This document shows, piece after piece, positions 8,988-17,721 of a stretch of 64,000 bases of DNA. A program made the position numbers and the translations under genes. Origin of the DNA: Clostridiaceae bacterium (GTDB lineage: Bacteria > Bacillota > Clostridia > Christensenellales > CAG-138); NCBI GenBank assembly GCA_039683415.1, contig JBDKRL010000006.1, positions 13,839 to 77,838 on the forward strand. The letters run 5' to 3'. How positions within the stretch are numbered: the stretch's first letter is position 1; every line of letters begins with the position of its first letter. The notes below the pieces were generated by a model. That model worked only from the letters and a program-made list of their open reading frames with translations. It searched no databases and had not been told where the DNA came from.

Positions 8988-9033
8988 CTAACAATGTTAG
9001 CCTGATTATATGGGGTTGCGAATGCGCTGTCAA
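8988..9033 (-). promoter_or_regulatory. canonical minus-strand promoter (TTGACA-17-TATAAT) with palindromic operator O1
   Basis: Minus-strand TTGACA is the complement of 9028-9033 and TATAAT the complement of 9005-9010. The palindrome CTAACA-A-TGTTAG at 8988-9000 lies just downstream of the -10, at the expected start site. Confidence 0.65.
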
Positions 9034-9106
9034 GCGGTTCTTTTTCAACCGCGGCATCTGCGGGCGCTTCGTAAAAACGGTGTAAAATCGCTTCTGTCAA
9101 AAAACG

Positions 9107-9136
9107 TTGACAATACTAACGACGTTAGTTTAAAAT
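9107..9136 (+). promoter_or_regulatory. tetR promoter (TTGACA-18-TAAAAT) with palindromic operator O2 in the spacer
   Basis: TTGACA 9107-9112 and TAAAAT 9131-9136. Perfect palindrome ACTAACG-A-CGTTAGT at 9115-9129; its half-site matches O1. Confidence 0.65.
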
Positions 9137-9194
9137 GATGAAACCGCGGAAAAGTCAACGGATTTGGCGGCGGGACGAACGACTAAGGAATTGA

Positions 9195-9854
9195 GTGAAG
9201 CGTATGCAGGGCGAACGCAGTTTGACCAATCGAGAGAGAATCTTTTATACGGCAATCGACCTTTTTGCGCAGAAGGGATACGCGGGGGTGAGCCTACGCG
9301 AGCTCGCGGGCGCCGTAGGGATCAAGGCCGCATCAATTTACAACCACTTTGCGAGCAAAGAAGCGATTCTGGAAGAGATTGCATTTGTGTTTCGCGATCG
9401 ATTGATGGAGAAAGTCGTATCTGCTATTCAATCCGCAAAGGCGGAAGATATCCCTTCGTTCATCGGCGTGGTGACGCAGGCAAACGACGCATTTTTTGCC
9501 GACGCGCTGAACGAAAAAATGGGCTGGATCGTGCTGCGGGAGCAGTTTCTCAACGAGAATATTCGCGAAATTTTGCTCGATGTGCTGATCCGCCAGCCGC
9601 GCGAGCTGATTGCGGAACAGTTTGCGCGGTTCATGGAGAGCGGCAGAATGCGGCAGGCCGATCCCGTTGTCGCGGCAAAGGAATACCACGCGTTTTATAT
9701 TTACGAGTTTTACGAAAACGCCCTCTCGCGCGACAACGGCCACTCACCGGAACGCGCGGAGCAGGAGAAGAGCGAGCATATCCGTTTGTTCATACAAAAC
9801 TGGACGTCGGAGGAACCGGAGGAAAGATCAACGGATGCTGGATTTGCCCGCTAA
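9195..9854 (+). CDS. TetR/AcrR family transcriptional regulator
   Basis: GTG start 5 nt after AAGGA. HTH: IFYTAIDLFAQKGYAGVSLRELAGAVGIKAASIYNHF. Confidence 0.85.
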   Translation: MKRMQGERSLTNRERIFYTAIDLFAQKGYAGVSLRELAGAVGIKAASIYNHFASKEAILEEIAFVFRDRLMEKVVSAIQSAKAEDIPSFIGVVTQANDAFFADALNEKMGWIVLREQFLNENIREILLDVLIRQPRELIAEQFARFMESGRMRQADPVVAAKEYHAFYIYEFYENALSRDNGHSPERAEQEKSEHIRLFIQNWTSEEPEERSTDAGFAR

Positions 9855-9898
9855 AAGGAAGTCCAATGCGACCCTGTCGCGAACATGATGCACGGGTG

Positions 9899-10612
9899 TC
9901 AGCTTCCAAAGATCAGCATATACAAACCAACGATGCCGAGCAGAACCGCGACGAATTTCTGGAACCTGCTTTTCTCCATGCGCTGGATGAACCGATTGGC
10001 GGCGAATGTTCCGGCCACCATGGCAGCGCCCATGGATAATCCCAGCAGCAGAGTTTCCGCTGTGAGAAACAACAGCTTGGAATAGATGATGGTTTTGAGG
10101 ATGTGCATGGCGGTGGCGGTGGCCGCCTCGCTGGCGATATACGCAACCGGCGAAAGTCCCAGCGAAAGGAACACCGCCGCGCCGATCGGCCCGCCGCTTC
10201 CGGCAAGGCCGGATAACCCGCCCGTAACAGCGCCGCCGATGAGCAGCGTTTTTTTATTTGCCTTGAGTTCGAACAGCTTGACCATTTGAAAGACGACAAG
10301 AAGAACCAGCGCGCCGCCGATGCAGCGCGTGACGATATCCTTTGGCAGTACGGAAAAGCCAAACGCTCCGAGCGCGGAAAGCGGCAGCGCGGTGAGACAA
10401 AACCAGCCGACCGCGCTCCATTTAATCTGCTTGAAACCAGCCGCCATGCGGGAGAGATTGCCGATGAGCTGCGCCAGCGTAATGACCGGAACCGCCGCTT
10501 CCGCGCCGATGTAGTACGTGATGACCGGCAAGAGCAGCAGCGCGCCGCCAAAGCCCGCCGCGCCGGAGATCAGCGCGGCAAGAAAGCTTGCCAGTATCAG
10601 TACAATCCACAT
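9899..10612 (-). CDS. TauE/SafE family sulfite/anion exporter
   Basis: 237 aa with about 8 TM helices. The repeated GxGGG motifs (SGAAGFGGALLLLP, GLAGSGGPIG) are typical of the family. Confidence 0.85.
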   Translation of the reverse strand: MWIVLILASFLAALISGAAGFGGALLLLPVITYYIGAEAAVPVITLAQLIGNLSRMAAGFKQIKWSAVGWFCLTALPLSALGAFGFSVLPKDIVTRCIGGALVLLVVFQMVKLFELKANKKTLLIGGAVTGGLSGLAGSGGPIGAAVFLSLGLSPVAYIASEAATATAMHILKTIIYSKLLFLTAETLLLGLSMGAAMVAGTFAANRFIQRMEKSRFQKFVAVLLGIVGLYMLIFGS

Positions 10613-10671
10613 AGGCCGCTCCTAACCGTCTTTAAAGAATGGAATCACGAAAAAACGAAGGCAGCCGCAGT

Positions 10672-11370
10672 TTACACGCGCCCGGCAATCCAATCGTTCA
10701 TGAACGTCATCTGTTCTTCGGTATGGAACCAATGCTCGCCGTTTTCCATCACGGTCAGCTCACAGTGGAACCGTTCGGCAAGCGCGTCGATGTCGGTTCG
10801 GTCGGTCAGGTTCTCCAAACTGCCGTACAGCAGGCTGGTGGAACTGTTCCAACGATTGATGGGATGCTGTTTTGCGTAGCAGTAGTATTCCCAGCTCAGC
10901 GTTTGGCCAAAGGCAGTCTCGATGAGCTGCTTTGCTTCCAGCTCCTCTTTTGTGACGCCCGCCCAACCCATCATCTTTTCGATGAGATGCGCCATATCCA
11001 GAACGGGGGAGACGAGAAGGCTTTTTTCGATGCGCTTGGTTTGAAACGCAAGCATGCTGTACCAGGCTCCGATGCTGTTGGCGCGCAGAGCGATTTTGTC
11101 CGGCTTTGACTGCTCCAGAAAATCCCAAACGGCTTGAAGTTCCGGCACGACGATCCAGGGGAGGAACCGCCCGCTTTCGCCGGTTCGTTCGCCATGCTCC
11201 GGCAAGTCGACGCCGACGACCTGCCAGCCCTTGGGCTGAACGATTTCGGCAAAGGCGACGGCTTCCTCTTTGCTGCCGCCCTGTCCGTGGACAAACAGAT
11301 AGACGTTGCCGGAAGGTTCGCCGCAGACGATGGCGGGAATGCCTCCAATGGTTGTTCGTTCGATCTTCAT
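10672..11370 (-). CDS. alpha/beta hydrolase
   Basis: 232 aa. Motifs: LFVHGQGGSKEE, ANSIGAW elbow-like motif, C-terminal GEHWFH. Confidence 0.7.
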   Translation of the reverse strand: MKIERTTIGGIPAIVCGEPSGNVYLFVHGQGGSKEEAVAFAEIVQPKGWQVVGVDLPEHGERTGESGRFLPWIVVPELQAVWDFLEQSKPDKIALRANSIGAWYSMLAFQTKRIEKSLLVSPVLDMAHLIEKMMGWAGVTKEELEAKQLIETAFGQTLSWEYYCYAKQHPINRWNSSTSLLYGSLENLTDRTDIDALAERFHCELTVMENGEHWFHTEEQMTFMNDWIAGRV

Positions 11371-11371
11371 A

Positions 11372-11725
11372 TCACTTAATCCTGCGAATCAGGATTCCTT
11401 TCATGAATCGTGTTTGATTATGAATCTGCCAGATCAGCTCTTTTTCCTGCTCCGTGCATCCGATCAATAGTTTGATCTCCGAATCCCGTTTCATTAAGTC
11501 CACAATGCACATGACCGCGTCGAGCCGTCTGCTTTCGTCGGAACCCAGCCAAACGTCGATTCCGCCGCCGTCCATGGATGCGGTTTGTTCCAAGCAGCCG
11601 TAATCCACCGGATAGATAAAATCCGGATACCGGGGGTGTGCCGTACCCTTTGGACGGTCGATGACCAGCTGAGAATCCTGAATCAGCGTTTCAAACGCCG
11701 TCCAGAACGCGTCGTTTTGTTCCAT
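11372..11725 (-). CDS. small hypothetical protein (resembles proteins annotated as inorganic pyrophosphatase-like; unverified)
   Basis: Track ORF trimmed to MEQNDAF (ATG 11723-11725, GGAGG upstream). Contains DRPKGTAHPRYPDFIYPVDYGCL. Confidence 0.5.
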   Translation of the reverse strand: MEQNDAFWTAFETLIQDSQLVIDRPKGTAHPRYPDFIYPVDYGCLEQTASMDGGGIDVWLGSDESRRLDAVMCIVDLMKRDSEIKLLIGCTEQEKELIWQIHNQTRFMKGILIRRIK

Positions 11726-11880
11726 GGGATGGCCTCCGTACTTTATGAATATGTATTGATGTGAAAAAAGGCAGCAAGTAAAAACCACCGTTAGCTGCCT
11801 GATTCATGCGGGCAAAAAAGGCAGCAAAGACGTACGCCGCCGTTTGCTGCCGGATTCATTAATAAGGCCTACTCGTCATT

Positions 11881-13497
11881 TTATTTCGGCCGTAACACTT
11901 CGAACAGCGCGGTATACGTCGCGTTCCCTTCGACCGTTTCGGAAGGTTCGCTGTCCCAGCCGATGAAGCGCCAGCCGGAGCTCGCTGTCACTTCCGGAAT
12001 GGTGATGGAATCGCCAATCGCCATGCCGCTGAACACCAGCGTATCGCCGGAGGTGCCTTTGTTGTCCAGATTAAACGTAACGGTATAGGTGGTCACCACA
12101 TACTGCGCGGTGTAGACAGCGTTTCCCGTGACCGTCGTAACGGGAGTGGTGTCCCAGCCGTCGAACGTCCAGCCCTCGTCGGCGGTTACGTCCGGAACCG
12201 TGATCGTGTCGCCGGAGGCAAGCCCGCTGAACACGAGCGTATCGCCGGAAGTACCGTGTTCACCCAGAGCAAACGACACCTCAAAGTTTGACGCTTCCGC
12301 GTACTGCGCGACGTATTCCTTGTTCCCTTTTACGGTGGCGGAGGGTGTAACGTCCCAGCCCTCGAACGTCCAGCCGGAATTTGCGGTCACGCTCGGAACG
12401 CGGATATCGGCTCCGTAAGAAAGTCCGCTGAATACGAGGCGATCCGTGGAGGTTCCGTGGTCGCCCAGCAGGAAACGAACGGTGTAGGTGGTCTTTTGGT
12501 ACTGCGCGGTGAACTGCGCGCCGCTTGTAAGCGCAAGCTGGCTGACCTCTTCGGAGCTCAGACACTCGGTGCCGCCTTTCGGCAGCCATCCGGCTAACGT
12601 GTATCCGGCGGGAGGGTTGACCGCTGGAATCTGATCCAGCGCTACCCGCAAGGTGGCCGAAAGGTCCAGCGCGGGCACTTCGGCATTGGTCAGCGACCCG
12701 CGGTCGCCCGCAAGGAAGGTGACTTCCATCGGGGCAAGCCGGAACGAAATCAACTGGGAAGCCCAGTTGCCGCTTCGCCCTGCGGTCAGGGTGCGCGTTT
12801 CAACTGCGCCGGAATCCTGCGTCTGCTCCGAAGCATACAGGACAAAGCCGCCGTCGGTCAGTTCGTTAAAGAGCGTCTGGATCCCTTCCGGATCATCCGG
12901 CGCTGTAAAACTGACAGAATTGTCCGAAATCCCGAACAGGGTGACGATAACAGCGGGTTCTTCCGTCTCGAAGCCGTCCACCGTCAGGTCGGTTCCGCTG
13001 CCGGTTTCGCCGGAAACGGTGCCGATGGGGTTCGTCGGGTCGATTCCACGGCAGATCAGTATCTTGCCGGAAACCTGCGCTTGTTCGTCGTCCGCGTTCC
13101 CGGTTGCGACGAGGAACGGGTACAAGCCCGGTTCTTCCGCAGGATCTTGAATGAATTTGTAGAAGCTTGTCATGCCGATGCCGGCTTCGTTGACCGTCCG
13201 CATGATGATGGTCCAGCCGGAGGCGGTCTCAACGGAAAAGTCTGCCTCACCGACGCAGCAAATCTGCGCAAGCAGCATGTCGCCTGATGACGCGCCGTCG
13301 GGCAGCGCAAGCGAAAGTTCGGTAACCGGCGTTTCCCCGCTTGCTTCGGCGGCGGGGTCCGGCACGGCGGATGGCGTGGAAGGCGCGGCATCCTGCACGT
13401 CCGGCGCACAGGCCAGACAGAAAGCGGCTGACAGGATAAGCAGGACGGCTAAAAGAAAAACGAACAGACGCGGCTTGGCATTGGCTTGCTGCTGCAT
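11881..13497 (-). CDS. secreted lipoprotein with four InlB B-repeat (Listeria-Bacteroides type) domains
   Basis: Trimmed to MQQQANAKPRLFVFLL. Signal peptide with lipobox FCLAC. The C-terminal half has 4 units of about 65 aa, e.g. YTVTFNLDNKGTSGDTLVFSGMAIGDSITIPEVTASSGWRFIGWD. Confidence 0.75.
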   Translation of the reverse strand: MQQQANAKPRLFVFLLAVLLILSAAFCLACAPDVQDAAPSTPSAVPDPAAEASGETPVTELSLALPDGASSGDMLLAQICCVGEADFSVETASGWTIIMRTVNEAGIGMTSFYKFIQDPAEEPGLYPFLVATGNADDEQAQVSGKILICRGIDPTNPIGTVSGETGSGTDLTVDGFETEEPAVIVTLFGISDNSVSFTAPDDPEGIQTLFNELTDGGFVLYASEQTQDSGAVETRTLTAGRSGNWASQLISFRLAPMEVTFLAGDRGSLTNAEVPALDLSATLRVALDQIPAVNPPAGYTLAGWLPKGGTECLSSEEVSQLALTSGAQFTAQYQKTTYTVRFLLGDHGTSTDRLVFSGLSYGADIRVPSVTANSGWTFEGWDVTPSATVKGNKEYVAQYAEASNFEVSFALGEHGTSGDTLVFSGLASGDTITVPDVTADEGWTFDGWDTTPVTTVTGNAVYTAQYVVTTYTVTFNLDNKGTSGDTLVFSGMAIGDSITIPEVTASSGWRFIGWDSEPSETVEGNATYTALFEVLRPK

Positions 13498-13699
13498 GAT
13501 GATCCCCCTGAACACTAAATTGGAATAGTTGGTCGGATGATGCTGAAAAAGAGATCAACTTGTTCAGTGTATGCAAGATAAGTGAAACTTCTATTCAGAA
13601 CTGTAACGGTAAAATTATAACGATTCCATTTCGGCTAGTCAATTTAAAAGAATAAAACGCGTGAAAAATGATAAACGGTAAACAAAAACAAGCCTGCGC

Positions 13700-14584
13700 T
13701 CAGTCGTTTATGGCCTCGACGCCCTGATGCTTGAGCTTTGCCAGATGATCCAGCATGGCCTGCAGCACTTCCGGCGGATGCCCCTGCCAGTCTGTTACCT
13801 CGCCAACCACCTTGAGCGGAAATTTGGTGCGGTAGGAGCGGGTAGGATTGCCGGGGAACCTTTTATCCGTCAGGTTGGGATCGTTTTCAAACGCGCCCGT
13901 TGGTTCCACCCGATAGATGCGCCCGGGAGCGCTGCCCTGCGCAAGTTCCGCGCCCCAAACCGCCGCATCCAGCGTCGCGGTCAGGTAGACGAAGTTCGCC
14001 GTTTTACGTTCCCCGTAGTTGGATTCGTGCCGGGGTTCCAGCAGATCGCCGGGATGTAAATCGGCCTTTGTGCCATGGTAAAAAGGGCCTGCATCGAGCG
14101 GGGGAGCATTTTCGGCTTTTTCACCGAGCGAAAGACTTAAAAACACGGTGCCGGGGACCGGGCAATCGTAGTACGGCGGCACTTCAACAAAGCCCAATTG
14201 CCGGTACATCTTCTGCGCGCGCTCCATATTGGCGAGCGTGTCCAGTACAATCGCCTGGCAGCCGGTCTCCTTTGCGTCCTGAATGACGCGCAAAACAAGC
14301 TGCTTTCCAAGCTGCATACCGCGGAACGAATCGCGCACGTACAGCCGCTTCATCTCGGCGCGCGAAGCATCCAGCCTGCGCATGGCGATGCATCCGGCGG
14401 GTTCGCCTTCGGCCAGCACAAGGTAGAGCCTGCCGTCCGGCCGGGCGTATTTGCCGGGCAGGCTCGCCAGTTCCTCGGCGTAATTCTGGTAACACAAATC
14501 GACGGGCAGCGTGGCGGCGTATTCGCTCAACAGGGTCTTTATGTCGGCAATGCGGTCATAGGCTTCGATGATTTCCAGCTGCAT
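13700..14584 (-). CDS. arr: fusion protein: N-terminal GNAT acetyltransferase domain plus C-terminal rifampin ADP-ribosyltransferase (Arr) domain
   Basis: Residues ~1-150 are GNAT (YVRDSFRGMQLGKQLV). Residues ~160-294 (GPFYHGTKADLHPGDLL...YLTATLDAAVWGAELA...RIYRVEPTGAFENDPNLTDKRFPGNPTRSYR...VTDWQGHP) match Arr proteins nearly motif for motif, from memory of Arr-2/Arr-ms. Confidence 0.8.
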   Translation of the reverse strand: MQLEIIEAYDRIADIKTLLSEYAATLPVDLCYQNYAEELASLPGKYARPDGRLYLVLAEGEPAGCIAMRRLDASRAEMKRLYVRDSFRGMQLGKQLVLRVIQDAKETGCQAIVLDTLANMERAQKMYRQLGFVEVPPYYDCPVPGTVFLSLSLGEKAENAPPLDAGPFYHGTKADLHPGDLLEPRHESNYGERKTANFVYLTATLDAAVWGAELAQGSAPGRIYRVEPTGAFENDPNLTDKRFPGNPTRSYRTKFPLKVVGEVTDWQGHPPEVLQAMLDHLAKLKHQGVEAIND

Positions 14585-14751
14585 TTATTACCTCTTGCTG
14601 TTCATGCAAATCTGCGTTTTGATGATCCTATTTTAACACAAAGTCAATTCGAATTCCCGGAATGGTTTTCTGCAACTGCATGCGAAAAGAGCCTGCTGCT
14701 GCACGAAAATTCCCGGTCATTGCCACAATCGCCGCGCAGATCCGAAAGGCA

Positions 14752-14780
14752 TTGACTTTGTATCCAACATAGATTATAAG
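14752..14780 (+). promoter_or_regulatory. candidate promoter TTGACT-17-TATAAG
   Basis: TTGACT 14752-14757 and TATAAG 14775-14780, about 146 nt upstream of the ATG at 14927. Confidence 0.5.
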
Positions 14781-14926
14781 TTAATTAACCACACGACGCA
14801 GGATTTCCGCCGCAAGGGGGGGGAGGAGCGGCCGGCAAAGGCTATCGTATGGGGCGAACTTATCATTCATACCGCAGCGATCTGCAGGCAACCAAGGGCA
14901 AAAAACAATATAAAAGGGAGGTACAT

Positions 14927-15505
14927 ATGGTCGTTAACATCATCGCAATCGTCATCGGCATCATCGCGTGTCTGTTTGGGTACAAGGTATTTCGAATCTG
15001 GCTTGCTCTGGCGGGTCTGGTGCTGGGCGCAGCGCTGGGCTACTATCTAGGCGGTCTCATTGGCGAGCAGATATGGCCGATCGTCTGCGCAATCGCCGTA
15101 GGGCTGCTGCTCTGCGCGCTGTCCTACTTCCTCTACCGCGTCGGTGCAATCCTGATTGGCGCGCTGCTTGGAGCCGTCTTTACCTCGGTAATTCTCTCCG
15201 CACTCAGCGTGACTGCGCTGCCGTGGATGATCCTCGTCGGCGCCGTTGTCGTAGCCATCATCGCGGGGATCTTCCTCAAGCAGTTCATCATCATCGGCAG
15301 TTCGTTCCAGGGCGCATATATGATCGTTGTTGGCGCTTATGCGCTGATTACGGGCATGACGAGCTATGTCGGGTTTAGCAGCACGATGAACGCCGTCGAG
15401 CTGCCCTGGTATGTGCTGGCGATCGTCACGGTGGTCGGCATCTGCGCCGTCGTCATCCAAAACAGAATCGAGAAAAAGGCGCCCGCAAAGGCTGTTTCCG
15501 CATAA
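14927..15505 (+). CDS. multi-pass membrane protein (DUF4203-like)
   Basis: Track ORF trimmed to MVVNIIAIVIG (ATG 14927, GGGAGG 6 nt upstream). About 6-7 Gly/Ala-rich TM helices. Confidence 0.65.
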   Translation: MVVNIIAIVIGIIACLFGYKVFRIWLALAGLVLGAALGYYLGGLIGEQIWPIVCAIAVGLLLCALSYFLYRVGAILIGALLGAVFTSVILSALSVTALPWMILVGAVVVAIIAGIFLKQFIIIGSSFQGAYMIVVGAYALITGMTSYVGFSSTMNAVELPWYVLAIVTVVGICAVVIQNRIEKKAPAKAVSA

Positions 15506-15797
15506 CGCGGGGAGCCGGAGTTTCTCAACCAAACAGGCAGGAAGGGCTGAATGCGCAGGCGTTCGGCTCTTTTTTTCTGCAGTGAGCCGCCCGGATGAAG
15601 GAGAACGGCTTTCCCGGCATAGCGAAACGGGAGCTTCCAGGAATCAATGCATCCGGCAGGGCAAACGGGAGCGCCAACCGAAAATAAACATTTATAATTA
15701 CATGTGTCGATAAATATGATACGATGAAGTTGAAACTCACCATGCTTGCGCATGAAAACGGAACCCGGAGTGACTGCTTCATCGTGGAGGTGTTTGT

Positions 15798-16769
15798 TTG
15801 ACGATTGGAAAATTGTGGAGACCGGAAACATTTCAGGGGGCGCACCGCAGCAGGGACTATTTCGAAGGGTGGTATTTTAAGCTCATCGATCAGTCCCGCA
15901 GGACGGTGCTTGCCGTCATACCCGGCGTTGCGATAGGCAAAAGCAAACAGGATTCGCACGCTTTTATCCAACTGATCGATGCGGTGAGCGGAAAAACGGA
16001 GTATTTCCGGTTTCCGTTCAGCGATTTTTCGGCGGACAAACGCAGGTTCGATGTTTATATCGGCGCAAACCATTTTTCCGATCAGGGGGTCGAAATCGAC
16101 CTTGAAAACGAGTCGACGCGGATCTCATGCCGCCTTCGGTTCGACCATATCGAGAAGTATCCCTGGTCGTTTTTTAACCCCGGCATCATGGGCCCATTTT
16201 CCTTTATGCCGGGCATGGAGTGCTACCACGGAATCGTGAACATCAGCCATACGATATCTGGTACGCTGTTCCACAACGGCGAGCAAATCGATATGACGGG
16301 CGGGGAAGGATATATTGAAAAGGACTGGGGCAGGTCGTTTCCGGAGTCCTGGATTTGGATGCAGGCCAATCATTTTGAAACGCGCGGCACGTCCTTTTTG
16401 TTCTCGGTTGCGCAGATACCGTGGCTGGGCAGGAGCTTTACTGGATTGATTTCATTTTTAAAAACGCCCTCCGGATTCTACCGGTTCGCGACATACAACG
16501 GCGCAGCGATACAGCGCCTGCGCATCGCCGGCAACAGGATAGAAGCCAGCATCAAAGGCGTGGCACATACCCTTGCGTTCACCGCGGCGTACGCGCGCGG
16601 AGGCATTCTGAAAGCGCCGAAAAACGGCATGATGCACAGAGAGATAGAGGAGAGCATTACGGCGGAAGTGAACGTCACCCTGACCGGGCGAACAGGCAAT
16701 ACCATCTTTACCGGATCAAGCAACCGCGTTGGCATGGAATTATCGGATGCGGGCAAGTTTCTGGGATAA
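15798..16769 (+). CDS. tocopherol cyclase family-like protein
   Basis: TTG start after GGAGG. Contains FEGWYFKLID...GMECYHG...GGEGYIEKDWGRSFPESWIWMQANHF, which matches my memory of Pfam Tocopherol_cycl homologues. Confidence 0.65.
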   Translation: MTIGKLWRPETFQGAHRSRDYFEGWYFKLIDQSRRTVLAVIPGVAIGKSKQDSHAFIQLIDAVSGKTEYFRFPFSDFSADKRRFDVYIGANHFSDQGVEIDLENESTRISCRLRFDHIEKYPWSFFNPGIMGPFSFMPGMECYHGIVNISHTISGTLFHNGEQIDMTGGEGYIEKDWGRSFPESWIWMQANHFETRGTSFLFSVAQIPWLGRSFTGLISFLKTPSGFYRFATYNGAAIQRLRIAGNRIEASIKGVAHTLAFTAAYARGGILKAPKNGMMHREIEESITAEVNVTLTGRTGNTIFTGSSNRVGMELSDAGKFLG

Positions 16770-16850
16770 CCGCCCAGAAAAGCCTGGCGTGCCTGACAAA
16801 AAACATTTTTACGTATAAAGCGAATCAATTGAGAAAGATGGGGACAATTC

Positions 16851-17609
16851 ATGGCGCTGCATTTGGAACAAGGGATTCAACTGGAAGAGGAGGAACGCTT
16901 TCGGGAAGCCATCGCGGAGTATGATTTGGCCGCGCTGGAAGAGCCGGAAAATCCCGTGCCGCTTTATCGAAAAGGTGCGCTGCTCAACGAGCTGGGCGAC
17001 TTTGAACATGCGCTATTGAGTTTGAATGCCGCCTTAACAATCAACAGCCGGGATATCGACGCACTGGCGGCCAGAGGGGATGTTTACTCGTCGCTCAAAC
17101 GATATGAAGAGGCGATCGCGGATTTTTCCATCGTCGTTTCGATCGTTCCGGATGACGTGGATTCATACTACAACCGGGGATTGGCCTATGCGGATACCGG
17201 ACGGATTGAGCGGGCGATTCAGGATTTCTCCACGGCAATCCAGATGGATCCGAACCATGGCGGCGCATACAACAATCGCGGACTTGCGTTTTTCCGATCC
17301 GGGGATTATGCTGCCGCGCTGCAGGATTTTACGCAGGCAATTACGGTTCGCTCGGGATTTGCCTGTTCCTACACCCACCGAGGGCGCGTACAGGAAGCGC
17401 TGGGGGACGCTGGCAAGGCGCTGGAAGACTACGGCAAGGCGCTGGACATGAGTCCAACCGACGCTACGACGTTGTTTTTCAGAGGAGCGCTCTATTTTGC
17501 TCTGAACGAACCTGAACGAGGACGGCGCGATTACGAAGTTTTAATCGAAACCGCACCTCGCGATAATGCGTTTCGTACGCTGGCAATGAAAAAACTGGAG
17601 CTCGTTTAA
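16851..17609 (+). CDS. tetratricopeptide (TPR) repeat protein
   Basis: About 6 tandem 34-aa units with the A..Y..RG.AY....Y..A..DF..AI pattern. Confidence 0.8.
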   Translation: MALHLEQGIQLEEEERFREAIAEYDLAALEEPENPVPLYRKGALLNELGDFEHALLSLNAALTINSRDIDALAARGDVYSSLKRYEEAIADFSIVVSIVPDDVDSYYNRGLAYADTGRIERAIQDFSTAIQMDPNHGGAYNNRGLAFFRSGDYAAALQDFTQAITVRSGFACSYTHRGRVQEALGDAGKALEDYGKALDMSPTDATTLFFRGALYFALNEPERGRRDYEVLIETAPRDNAFRTLAMKKLELV

Positions 17610-17721
17610 CCCGGTTCCGAAAGCGCCGACACGGGCGTTTCCAGCGCCGGGCGCCGTTTTGCGCCCTGCCCAATCCGGAGAGAGCGCGAAACAGGCGGAA
17701 AATGCAGGGATTGCCGACGAG

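Noticed and set aside
9164-10039. 291-aa plus-strand ORF overlapping the TetR gene in another frame
   Set aside because: Arg/Gly-rich with no domain signature. The 9195..9854 frame has a clear TetR HTH.
14781-14926. c-di-GMP (GEMM) or Mn2+ riboswitch in the DUF4203 leader
   Set aside because: Only superficial resemblance (CGGCAAAGGC, G-run). The conserved cores as I remember them are not present.
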